Of a stretch of 64,000 nucleotides of DNA, positions 49,777-57,912 are shown piece by piece; the stretch's first letter is position 1, and the number at the start of each line of letters is the position of its first letter. The DNA lies in contig CAYUPO010000001.1 of the NCBI GenBank assembly GCA_964446685.1, positions 104,502-168,501 of the forward strand, written 5' to 3'. The position numbers were made by a program, and so were the translations under genes. The stretch comes from an uncultured Gammaproteobacteria bacterium. GTDB lineage: Bacteria > Patescibacteriota > Microgenomatia > Daviesbacterales > UBA10151. Below the pieces are notes generated by a model. The model was given only the letters and a program-made list of their open reading frames with translations. It did no database searches and was not told the DNA's origin.

Positions 49777-50424
49777 TTAGGTCCTTTTGAGACTAGCTAA
49801 TCCTGGGCACAAGTCAGTTATTATCATTCTAGCTTGATTTAAGCATGGATTAACTCTTAATTTCATATTCAAAGGTACCAGTCTAATACCTGTAACTGCA
49901 AGAACAAGATTTAATTTAACAGTCAGTTTATCTAAAAATGCCGGGTCATTAAACTGGCAGTAACCCATTCTCTCCGACATTAATTCCAGATCATTAATTG
50001 CCCGGTAACTTTCCTCAAAAAAAGTACGCTCATCTGAAGGTAGTCCAGCCAACTCAGAATCAAATTTCTGGTTCCCATTTTGAACCTGATCAAATCTTGG
50101 ACCCGCAATAAAAGCAGATCGTGCTATAGGTATACCCTCATGGTCTAATGTCCGCTCTAAAATGGGATTGACTTCAAATGCACAGGGAAGTGTTCTATTT
50201 CCTATATTTAATACACTGGATACAGGAATCAATTTTAAATTTTCAGCTGCAGTATTGGTTACTTCTTGGTACAAAGCCACTTGTGACGGATCTGACTGCC
50301 ATGTTGGGTAATGCTTTAAAATCTCACCTGTGGAGGTCAGAAAAACATCAGAATCGGCACCATGGGCAATTTTTTTCAAAGAGGTTAGCTTTGCCATTTT
50401 TGGCAGTTCAGGATTAAAATTCAT
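49777..50424 (-). CDS. hypothetical protein
   Basis: 215 aa; immediately upstream of folA in the same operon; no firm family. Confidence 0.35.
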   Translation of the reverse strand: MNFNPELPKMAKLTSLKKIAHGADSDVFLTSTGEILKHYPTWQSDPSQVALYQEVTNTAAENLKLIPVSSVLNIGNRTLPCAFEVNPILERTLDHEGIPIARSAFIAGPRFDQVQNGNQKFDSELAGLPSDERTFFEESYRAINDLELMSERMGYCQFNDPAFLDKLTVKLNLVLAVTGIRLVPLNMKLRVNPCLNQARMIITDLCPGLASLKRT

Positions 50425-50518
50425 ATCTTATAGTATACATAACATTTTAAAGTAACTCAATTCCGAATATACAACATATTGTTATATTGAAAAAAAGTTA
50501 TCCATTTACTAGTATGGT

Positions 50519-51361
50519 TTGATCATGACTTCATTTGATCTTCAATACCAAAAACTTCTTAAAGAGATAATGACCAATGGCATTGAGGAGATCAATGAAC
50601 GAACTAAGCACGGTGTCAAAGCACTCCCTGGTAAATCAATTGAACTAGAAGCTGGCGAAGGTTTTCCGCTTCTTACTTTGCGTAAAATCCCAATTCGGAT
50701 CTTTGTCGCTGAGCAGGTCTGGTTTTTGACTGGATCAAGGCGACCATCAGAATTTCTGAATAAATTCACCAAGATCTGGGATGATTTCACCAATGTTGAC
50801 GGCGTAGTTTCAACTGCTTATGGCTATAGATGGCGACATCATTTTGGCAGAGACCAAATTGCTTTATTGATTAATCTGCTAGAAAAAGAACCCTCTTCCA
50901 GGCATGGCGTGGTGATGATGTGGGATGCTGCAAGTGATGGTCTCTCCCCGACTTTCAAAAAAGCTAATATCCCCTGTCCCTACTCTTTTACCGTCAATAT
51001 TATTGGCGGAATGCTGCACATGCATCTGATTGTGAGATCAAATGATGTCATTTTAGGTCTACCACATGATGCAGCTGGTTTTGGTTTGCTGCAACGAATT
51101 CTGGCTGCCAGACTTGGTGTCAAAGTCGGCAAGTACACTCACACTATCTCCAATGCGCATGTTTATGATATACATTATGACGCAGCGCAGGAGATGATTA
51201 AGCGAAAAAATAAGCATCAGCCTGTGGAAATCAGCGCTTCAAAAAATTGGTTTAGCAGGGCAGAAAAAGGAGATGAAAAGTTGGTAGCAGAAATAGTTGA
51301 TGCACTGAGTAGTCAGTACCAGCCAGGAGAAGCGTTAAAGGGATTGAAAATAGTTCTTTAA
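50519..51361 (+). CDS. thymidylate-synthase-family (ThyA/dCMP-hydroxymethylase superfamily) pyrimidine C5-modifying enzyme; Asn-to-Asp at the base-specificity position
   Basis: 280 aa; FPLLT.K, RWR, SRH, catalytic Cys in IPCPYS (PCP not PCH), RSNDVILGLPHD aligns to E. coli RSCDVFLGLPFN with N177 replaced by D. Confidence 0.7.
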   Translation: MIMTSFDLQYQKLLKEIMTNGIEEINERTKHGVKALPGKSIELEAGEGFPLLTLRKIPIRIFVAEQVWFLTGSRRPSEFLNKFTKIWDDFTNVDGVVSTAYGYRWRHHFGRDQIALLINLLEKEPSSRHGVVMMWDAASDGLSPTFKKANIPCPYSFTVNIIGGMLHMHLIVRSNDVILGLPHDAAGFGLLQRILAARLGVKVGKYTHTISNAHVYDIHYDAAQEMIKRKNKHQPVEISASKNWFSRAEKGDEKLVAEIVDALSSQYQPGEALKGLKIVL

Positions 51362-51373
51362 CCCGTTTTAATC

Positions 51374-51450
51374 CGTCATTCCCCTGAAAAGGGGAATCTG
51401 TAAATACCTAAGAGTAGGCACCGCATATTCCTGCTTTCGCAGGAATGACG
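51374..51450. repeat. two palindromic elements between the thyA-family gene and dcd-like gene
   Basis: CGTCATTCCCCTGAAAAGGGGAATCTG and ATTCCTGCTTTCGCAGGAATGACG. Confidence 0.75.
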
Positions 51451-51452
51451 TT

Positions 51453-52127
51453 TTGACAAAAGAAAAACTTATGACACAAGGAATATTAACCAAACAACAA
51501 ATATTAGAATTGATTGAGTCAGAACAGCTCAAATTTTCCCCAGCAATTGATTCATTTCAGGTCCAATCACATTCCATCGATCTGCGACTCGGGTATTCAT
51601 TCATGATCCCTAAACTATGGTCTTTGACTGAGAAAGGACGCGAAGCCTTTTTGATTGATTATCTGGATGAAACTGAAAGATTTGAACTGGTTGAGCTGGA
51701 GCACAAACAATTTTTTGACCTTTTACCAAAAGAATCGGTTGTCGCTTCAACTCTTGAAGAAGTCTCCTTACCAGCTAATTTAATGGCTGTCCTCTACCCA
51801 CGTTCTTCTATTAATCGACGCGGCCTGTCTGTTGATCTTTCTGGTATTGTTGATGCCGGATATGAAGGAAGGTTGTTGATACCTATTACCAATAACACGC
51901 CACATGTAATCAGAATTTACCCAGGTGAAAGGTTTTGCCAGTTAGTATTTTATCCACTGTCTGAAGATATTAAGGTAGAACAAAGCAGATGGCATAAAAA
52001 GGATATTATTATAGGTAGACTCCCTGAAAAGAAAAAAGCTGAGGAAAAATATATTGTCTCTGGCGATATAAAAGGATTAAAACAAAAGTTTGCTCTGACT
52101 GCTCCTAAAACCAATGATTCAAAGTAA
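51453..52127 (+). CDS. dCTP deaminase / dUTPase-superfamily protein (Dcd-like)
   Basis: 224 aa; SIDLRLG, LYPRSS, GIVDAGYEGRL motifs; the position aligning to the Dcd catalytic Glu appears to be non-acidic. Confidence 0.6.
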   Translation: MTKEKLMTQGILTKQQILELIESEQLKFSPAIDSFQVQSHSIDLRLGYSFMIPKLWSLTEKGREAFLIDYLDETERFELVELEHKQFFDLLPKESVVASTLEEVSLPANLMAVLYPRSSINRRGLSVDLSGIVDAGYEGRLLIPITNNTPHVIRIYPGERFCQLVFYPLSEDIKVEQSRWHKKDIIIGRLPEKKKAEEKYIVSGDIKGLKQKFALTAPKTNDSK

Positions 52128-53157
52128 ATCTGGCTTCATATTTGAAGGAAAAACTCCCACTGATGTCTTAAAAGATGTCCAGGAAGCTATTCAAACTCAT
52201 GGCTCCTCTATTCAAACCCAAAGAGGAATTGCTAAATCGATTCGTGGCGCAACTTTTATCATTAATGACATCTCAAATGAAAAGAAAAATTATCCTTACT
52301 GGGACAAACAGTCAGATGACTGGTATCAGGATAACTTTGTCAGAAAAGAAACAACATTAGCTCCGGAAATAATCAAACCTGGACAGGATATTTATCCTTA
52401 TAAATATGCCTGGAGATCAAGATATTATGACAGTGGAACTGGTTATATTGTGGCGGTTATAACTGTCTTAAAAAAACTCAAAATTAAAAAGCTACAGATT
52501 AAAAATGAATCTCAACTGATTGATTTACTCAAACAAAGTTATCTGTTGATTCATCCAGAAATCGTTTTGGCTGTCTTGTCCTGGAAAGGTTTAAAACTAA
52601 TCAACTTTTATTTGGAAAATCCAAAAATCTTAGAGTTAGAGCTGCAAACTCAAAGACGAGATACTCTGGAATCAGTTATTGAAGAAGTTAAACAATCTCC
52701 CGCGACCAGACGCGCCATCATGCCATCATTTACTTATGAACATATTGACCATTCAGGAGCTGCAGGTGGAGTACCTGTCTACCAAAATTATCAGCTCTAT
52801 GTAAATTTTGACAAAAAAGGTAATCCTGCAAGTATTACTTCATATCATCTACATAGGGCGATTGATGCTTTTGGCGGGGCTCAGCTGGATATCAATCATG
52901 ATAAAGAATGGGGACTATATGCATCGAAAAAACTAAATTTACCTTTGGAAAAAATAGTTATTTATGTCAATGACGTCTGGGCTAGCTTTGATAAAGATAT
53001 GCAACACCTTTCAAATAAAACCGATATTCGCTCTTGGTTATTTTCTGTGACAGACGCCTATGATCCAAAACTGGAAGATATAGATAAAAGACTGAGTTCC
53101 CCTCTGTATAAAAAGAAAATTAGTTACACTTTGTTTCAAATTACCAGCTATGGATAA
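52114..53157 (+). CDS. ThyA-fold paralog with no cysteine (predicted non-catalytic or non-canonical thymidylate-synthase-like protein)
   Basis: 347 aa; RRAIMPSF..VPVYQNYQLYV..HRAIDAFGG..VNDVW parallels ThyA core motifs; zero Cys residues; 14-bp overlap with the upstream dcd-like gene. Confidence 0.5.
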   Translation: MIQSKSGFIFEGKTPTDVLKDVQEAIQTHGSSIQTQRGIAKSIRGATFIINDISNEKKNYPYWDKQSDDWYQDNFVRKETTLAPEIIKPGQDIYPYKYAWRSRYYDSGTGYIVAVITVLKKLKIKKLQIKNESQLIDLLKQSYLLIHPEIVLAVLSWKGLKLINFYLENPKILELELQTQRRDTLESVIEEVKQSPATRRAIMPSFTYEHIDHSGAAGGVPVYQNYQLYVNFDKKGNPASITSYHLHRAIDAFGGAQLDINHDKEWGLYASKKLNLPLEKIVIYVNDVWASFDKDMQHLSNKTDIRSWLFSVTDAYDPKLEDIDKRLSSPLYKKKISYTLFQITSYG

Positions 53158-53170
53158 TTTAATAATTGTA

Positions 53171-54325
53171 TTACCTTTTTCCAATAACAAATTCCGTCCC
53201 TGTAATTCTCGAAATAATTGCCCTTAAAAAAGTCAGTGAACACGACTTAATGAAACTATCAATGATCCATGATTCTTTTTTTGTTAATAGTTCTTCTAAA
53301 TATGCAGGGTTGTATCTTACAAGATTAGATAAATAGAACATTATTAAATATATTGCAATTGTTTCATTCATTGGAATCTGTTTATTAATTTTATAAGGTA
53401 ATGAAGTTACAAACTCTAAACCATCATCAAAATAATTCACTTGAGCTATAGAACCAAGTGATTCTAGAACTAAATTCCTACATTTTTTTTCTGGGATTAT
53501 ATCTGGATTATCCCAAGGGATTGTTTGTCTACTTTGAAAAAAAGTAAAAGCTAATATAATATCTCTGCTAACCTGGAAATATTCTCTTGCATATTTTTCT
53601 GGAACCTCGACTAGTTCAAATTTATCAAAAAAAATATTTAAAGACTTTTTATATTTTTTAAATTCATTAAAATTGGGAATACCAACTAAAGGCCATGCTG
53701 TCTTATTACTATGGTCAACTAAATTTACATAGTAACAGCTTTCAACTTTTCTTCTTCCATATCCAGCTATTAATGATTGATAAGAAATATCCGTACAATA
53801 ACTTAGTAGCTGTTCGACACTTAGAGACTGTTTTTTAATTGGAGATTCACAAAACATTTCATAAAATCTTTCAAAGACTCCATTATCTTTTATAATTTTA
53901 ATTGTTTGTTTTTTTATTTTTGTAAAATCTTTCGGAAGACAACTTGCACCATGGCTTATTCTTTTACCTCCAATCTCGGGATTCTTTTGAATGATTAATG
54001 CCTTTGCTAAATTCAAAAAACAGTAGTAATAAAGTAATGCTGCAGATCTAGGATGAAGCTGCTTTGCAGCATGATAATAATTTTTTGCCTGTCTAATATA
54101 GCCCTGAAAATGCTTGTAAGTGGTTTTTATTTTTCTTCTTGCAACACCTTGCTCGAGTAAATGTTTAATTCCAACTGATTCGATTTCGGAATAATATTCT
54201 ATTAATATCCATAGTTCATCATCTATTTGCCCATCCGTTTTCAAACCTTGCAAATTTCTAGTACTTAATGGTTGTCTAATCCATCCCGAAGCTGCTCTAA
54301 AAGTTCCTGTAGGAATTTCACTCAT
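53171..54325 (-). CDS. hypothetical protein
   Basis: 384 aa; AT-rich codon usage; no family recognised. Confidence 0.4.
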   Translation of the reverse strand: MSEIPTGTFRAASGWIRQPLSTRNLQGLKTDGQIDDELWILIEYYSEIESVGIKHLLEQGVARRKIKTTYKHFQGYIRQAKNYYHAAKQLHPRSAALLYYYCFLNLAKALIIQKNPEIGGKRISHGASCLPKDFTKIKKQTIKIIKDNGVFERFYEMFCESPIKKQSLSVEQLLSYCTDISYQSLIAGYGRRKVESCYYVNLVDHSNKTAWPLVGIPNFNEFKKYKKSLNIFFDKFELVEVPEKYAREYFQVSRDIILAFTFFQSRQTIPWDNPDIIPEKKCRNLVLESLGSIAQVNYFDDGLEFVTSLPYKINKQIPMNETIAIYLIMFYLSNLVRYNPAYLEELLTKKESWIIDSFIKSCSLTFLRAIISRITGTEFVIGKR

Positions 54326-54947
54326 TTATAAGTAATCCAGTTATTTCTTTAAATAAATCTTCTTTGCTTTGCATACCATCTATTACTTTGACTGTATCAG
54401 GATGAGCTGAAGCAAATGTCAGATAACCTTGTCTTAATTTTTCTAAAAATTGGACGCCCTGCATCTCATAAATCAGATCCTGACCTTTTCTATCAGCATT
54501 TGCTCCTCTTTTGATACTTTCTTCAGTCGGTATATCGATAATGATAAATAAATCCGGATAAGCACCTGAATTTTTAACACAGTATTCTGATAAGGTATCA
54601 AGTAGACTGAGATCAACCCCCTGAACTATCCCCTGGTAAACATAGGTTGAGGATTCAAACCGATCTGTAATCACCATTTTCCCGGCATCAAGATTTGGTT
54701 TAACAACTTGATCCATAAACTCGGTTCTAGCGGCGTAAAAAAGGAGAGTTTGGGTAACTGGATTGGCCATTTGGTCACGAGGTTTTAAAACGACTTCTCT
54801 AATCTCTTCGCCCATTTGGGTCCCCCCAGGTTCGCGAGCTAAGACGACATCAGTACCAAGATCTAGGAAATATTTTTCAAGCATTTTGGCCTGGGTAGAT
54901 TTACCACAGTTGTCGATGCCTTCTAGTACTATGAATTTACCTTTCAT
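54318..54947 (-). CDS. tmk: thymidylate (dTMP) kinase
   Basis: 209 aa; LEGIDNCGKST P-loop, DRF/LID features. Confidence 0.85.
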   Translation of the reverse strand: MKGKFIVLEGIDNCGKSTQAKMLEKYFLDLGTDVVLAREPGGTQMGEEIREVVLKPRDQMANPVTQTLLFYAARTEFMDQVVKPNLDAGKMVITDRFESSTYVYQGIVQGVDLSLLDTLSEYCVKNSGAYPDLFIIIDIPTEESIKRGANADRKGQDLIYEMQGVQFLEKLRQGYLTFASAHPDTVKVIDGMQSKEDLFKEITGLLINE

Positions 54948-55053
54948 AACAATTAAATATCCAAAGTCAAATGTCTAATGCCAAATGTAGAATGTCAAAT
55001 TTCCAATGATGTATTGGACATTTGTCATTTGACATTGGTAGTATTTGACATTT
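54948..55053. repeat. AT-rich spacer with inverted CAAATGTC.. / GACATTTG.. heptamer arms (tmk-mazG)
   Basis: read directly. Confidence 0.6.
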
Positions 55054-55398
55054 TTATCTCTTATCCCCGCTTCCTCCTAGTTTGCCTCTTTCCATTCGCG
55101 AATAAAGTTTTTTGATATTTTTCTCAGCTACTTCTTCCAGATTAACATCCAGCTCTGAAGCAATTTGAGTCAGATACCACAAGACATCTCCTAGTTCTAA
55201 TGTCAGCATCTCTTTATCTTCCTGCGTGATCTCCCCTTTTTTATCACGAAAAATTTTTTTAATTTTTTCGGATATCTCTCCTGCTTCACCGGATAATCCC
55301 AGCACAGGGTAAATTATCGGATGACCAATTGGCGGATATCCAGCAGTTTTACGAGAGTCTTTTTGATAGTTTCTGAAACTATAATTGGTTTTCTTCAT
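55054..55398 (-). CDS. MazG-like all-alpha nucleoside triphosphate pyrophosphohydrolase
   Basis: 114 aa; LGLSGEAGE..ELGDVLWYL metal-binding motifs. Confidence 0.65.
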   Translation of the reverse strand: MKKTNYSFRNYQKDSRKTAGYPPIGHPIIYPVLGLSGEAGEISEKIKKIFRDKKGEITQEDKEMLTLELGDVLWYLTQIASELDVNLEEVAEKNIKKLYSRMERGKLGGSGDKR

Positions 55399-55403
55399 TT
55401 TTT

Positions 55404-55479
55404 GTCATCCCGAACTCGTTTCGGGATCTACCCTTTTGTATAACCTCGGCAGATGCTGAAACAAGTTCAGCATGACAAG
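55404..55479. repeat. two palindromic elements between mazG-like gene and pyrG (GTCATCCCGAACTCGTTTCGGGATC; GATGCTGAAACAAGTTCAGCATGAC)
   Basis: second one shares CTGAAACAAG with the 51-98 / 27965-28011 variant. Confidence 0.65.
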
Positions 55480-55484
55480 GTATA

Positions 55485-57098
55485 TTATGTTAACTTAACT
55501 TTAGATGCAGCTTCTAGAAAACCCAGAAACATTGGATGAGGAGCCAATGGGCGGGATTTGAGCTCTGGATGAAACTGTGAACCGGCCATAAATGGGTGAT
55601 CCGCAATCTCCATGATTTCGACTAATTTTCCATCAGGAGAAGTTCCGACAATATTTAGGCCTTTTTTCTCAAATTCTTCCCGATATTTGTTGTTCACTTC
55701 ATAACGGTGACGGTGTCTTTCGGATACTTTGGCTTTTCCATAAAGTTTTCTCATTAGTGATCCGGCTTTGAGGTCACATTCCCAGGCACCCAGTCTCATA
55801 CTGGCTCCATAATCTTTGGCTAAGACCTTTTTCTCCTGATCTGACATGATATGGATGACCGGAGCTTTGGTAGCAGGATCTATCTCGGTTGAGTTGGCAT
55901 CTTTGTATCCAAGCACATTGCGGGCAAATTCAATCGCCATCATTTGCATGCCATAACACAAACCAAGATAAGGAATTTTGTTTTCCCGGCAATATTTAGC
56001 TGCAGCTACTTTGCCTTCGGTATCTCTGCCGCCAAAGCCGCCTGGCACAATAATTCCCTGATAGTTATCAAGTAGTTCAGGTTTTTCTAAAACTTTTCCT
56101 GAATCGACCCAGTGAATATCGGGTTTTAATCCAAACTGATAGGCTGCATGTTTGCAGGCTTCAATAACCGAAATATATGAATCAGTCAGGACTCCGGCGC
56201 CACTGGTAAAATATTTGCCGACGATCGCAATTTTTACCGGAGTTTTAGCGCTGTGGGCTTTTTTAACAAATTCACTCCATTCTTTTAAATCAGTCTCTTT
56301 TCTTTCCAGTTCAAGTTTTTTCAGTATTCGATCGGTCAGGTTTTGTTTTTCATAATCTAAAGGCACATCATAAATACTTTCCACATCAGGGGCTGCAATA
56401 ATATCTTCCTCTTCTATTCCTGTATTCAAAGATAATCGTTTGCGACGGGGGGCATCTATTGCTACTTCAGCTCTGGCTAAAATAATATCGGGTTGGATCC
56501 CGACAGAATTTAAATCCCTGACAGACATCTGAACCGGTTTACTTTTCATTTCACCTAGTGTGGAAGGAATTGGCAGATAACTGATATGGACATGGATCAC
56601 ATCGTTATGTTTTTTTAGTTTCATCAGACGGTTGGCTTCCAAAAATAGCATATTTTGGTATTCCCCGGCGGTACCACCTATTTCAACCAAGACAATATCA
56701 GCATTTTTATTTCTACCGGCATCCTGAATTCTTTTTAATATTTCCTGAGTGACGTTGTGAATATCTACATAGTCGCCGTCGTATTCCAGATTGCGTTCTT
56801 TTTGGATAACAGATAAATAAATACTACCCTGAGTATTAATACTGGAAGATGTTAGATTTTCGTTGAGGTATCTTTCATAGTGTCCAAGATCCTGATCAGT
56901 CTCTCTACCATCATCCAGGACAAATGTTTCACCATGAGCGAGTGGATTCATAGTTCCGGCATCAACATTTAGATAAGGATCCATTTTGACTGGTACGACT
57001 TTAAATCCAGCAGCTTTGAGGAGGAGGCCAATCGAGGCAGTTGCAATGCCTTTTCCAATACCCGATATTACGCCACCTGATACAAAAATGTATTTCAT
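55485..57098 (-). CDS. pyrG: CTP synthase
   Basis: 537 aa; VSGGVISGIGKG N-terminus, GATase GLCYGMQ. Confidence 0.9.
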   Translation of the reverse strand: MKYIFVSGGVISGIGKGIATASIGLLLKAAGFKVVPVKMDPYLNVDAGTMNPLAHGETFVLDDGRETDQDLGHYERYLNENLTSSSINTQGSIYLSVIQKERNLEYDGDYVDIHNVTQEILKRIQDAGRNKNADIVLVEIGGTAGEYQNMLFLEANRLMKLKKHNDVIHVHISYLPIPSTLGEMKSKPVQMSVRDLNSVGIQPDIILARAEVAIDAPRRKRLSLNTGIEEEDIIAAPDVESIYDVPLDYEKQNLTDRILKKLELERKETDLKEWSEFVKKAHSAKTPVKIAIVGKYFTSGAGVLTDSYISVIEACKHAAYQFGLKPDIHWVDSGKVLEKPELLDNYQGIIVPGGFGGRDTEGKVAAAKYCRENKIPYLGLCYGMQMMAIEFARNVLGYKDANSTEIDPATKAPVIHIMSDQEKKVLAKDYGASMRLGAWECDLKAGSLMRKLYGKAKVSERHRHRYEVNNKYREEFEKKGLNIVGTSPDGKLVEIMEIADHPFMAGSQFHPELKSRPLAPHPMFLGFLEAASKVKLT

Positions 57099-57190
57099 AA
57101 TAATTACAAATATCTAATATCTAATAAAAATCAAAATACAATCGTTCCAATTTAGCATTGGATATTTGATATTTGATATTTGATATTTTT
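57099..57190. repeat. AT-rich spacer with AAATATCTAATATCTAAT and TTGGATATTTGATATTTGATATTTGATATTT arms upstream of pyrG
   Basis: read directly. Confidence 0.6.
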
Positions 57191-57421
57191 CTAGCTTGGG
57201 TTTCCTGCTCTTTACAGAAAAACTTAAGGGGATCCTTTGACTATTCTCAGGATAAATTTATGCTTTCAGATTTTTCAAAATCTTGAGCCCTCATTAAAGT
57301 ACCAAGAGAATGTTCTGTTGTCAACTAAGGAAAAACGCCATATTTGCTTGATTTCAAACTCTGTAACCCCAACCATACTACCCTCATAATGGAAGGTAGT
57401 ATGTTACTCATCTGCTATCAA

Positions 57422-57703
57422 TTATAAAGTCCTTCTTAACTCTGCTGGACCAGTTGCTAGAAACTGCTTTGGAATTCCATTAATCCCTCTTTTTAAAAAT
57501 GATGCTTTAGCAACATCTGGTGCACTAGTCACTGCATCTATTGATGCAACCAAATTTCCTGATGAAGGACCTTCCACTTGATGCTCCAACCTGCCGTGCT
57601 CAGCCAGCCATCTTAAGAAACGCAGCCTTGACATATCGACTGGTCTCGGTGTCTGTACAAACATTTGTAATGCACTATCATAATTGCCCATTCTTTCACT
57701 CAT
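57422..57703 (-). CDS. hypothetical small protein with a strong RBS
   Basis: 93 aa; AGGAGGT 7 nt upstream of ATG (57711-57717). Confidence 0.5.
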   Translation of the reverse strand: MSERMGNYDSALQMFVQTPRPVDMSRLRFLRWLAEHGRLEHQVEGPSSGNLVASIDAVTSAPDVAKASFLKRGINGIPKQFLATGPAELRRTL

Positions 57704-57740
57704 TTGTTTTACCTCCTTTCTTTATTTTTATACTCAAAAA
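57704..57740 (-). promoter_or_regulatory. Shine-Dalgarno (AGGAGGT) plus TATAAA-like -10 for the 57422-57703 gene
   Basis: minus-strand read: cgtttttgagTATAAAaataaagaaAGGAGGTaaaacaaATG. Confidence 0.4.
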
Positions 57741-57747
57741 CGAAAAA

Positions 57748-57784
57748 GCCGCCCATTTGGTGAGGCGGCGGTTTGATTTTTTTT
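57748..57784. terminator. bidirectional intrinsic terminator (GCCGCC-loop-GGCGGC stem with U-tracts on both strands); serves topA on the minus strand
   Basis: aaagccgcccatttggtgaggcggcggtttgattttttttt read directly. Confidence 0.55.
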
Positions 57785-57912
57785 ACTCTTTTTTGAGTAC
57801 ATCAACCACCAGCACCAGTGAGGTGAAGGGGGGTGATCATAATGATACTCACGAAATAATTCATACTGTATAGGGGCTTACTCCTGTAGGAAGAACAAGT
57901 CAATCAGACAGT

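Noticed and set aside
53171-54325. Calling the AT-rich 384-aa ORF an abortive-infection/defense gene
   Set aside because: Only compositional impression and context. No motif supports a defense role, so it is reported as hypothetical.
57541-57873. 110-aa plus-strand ORF
   Set aside because: Reads straight through the intrinsic terminator hairpin and T-tract, and overlaps the minus-strand gene that has a perfect SD. Treated as spurious.
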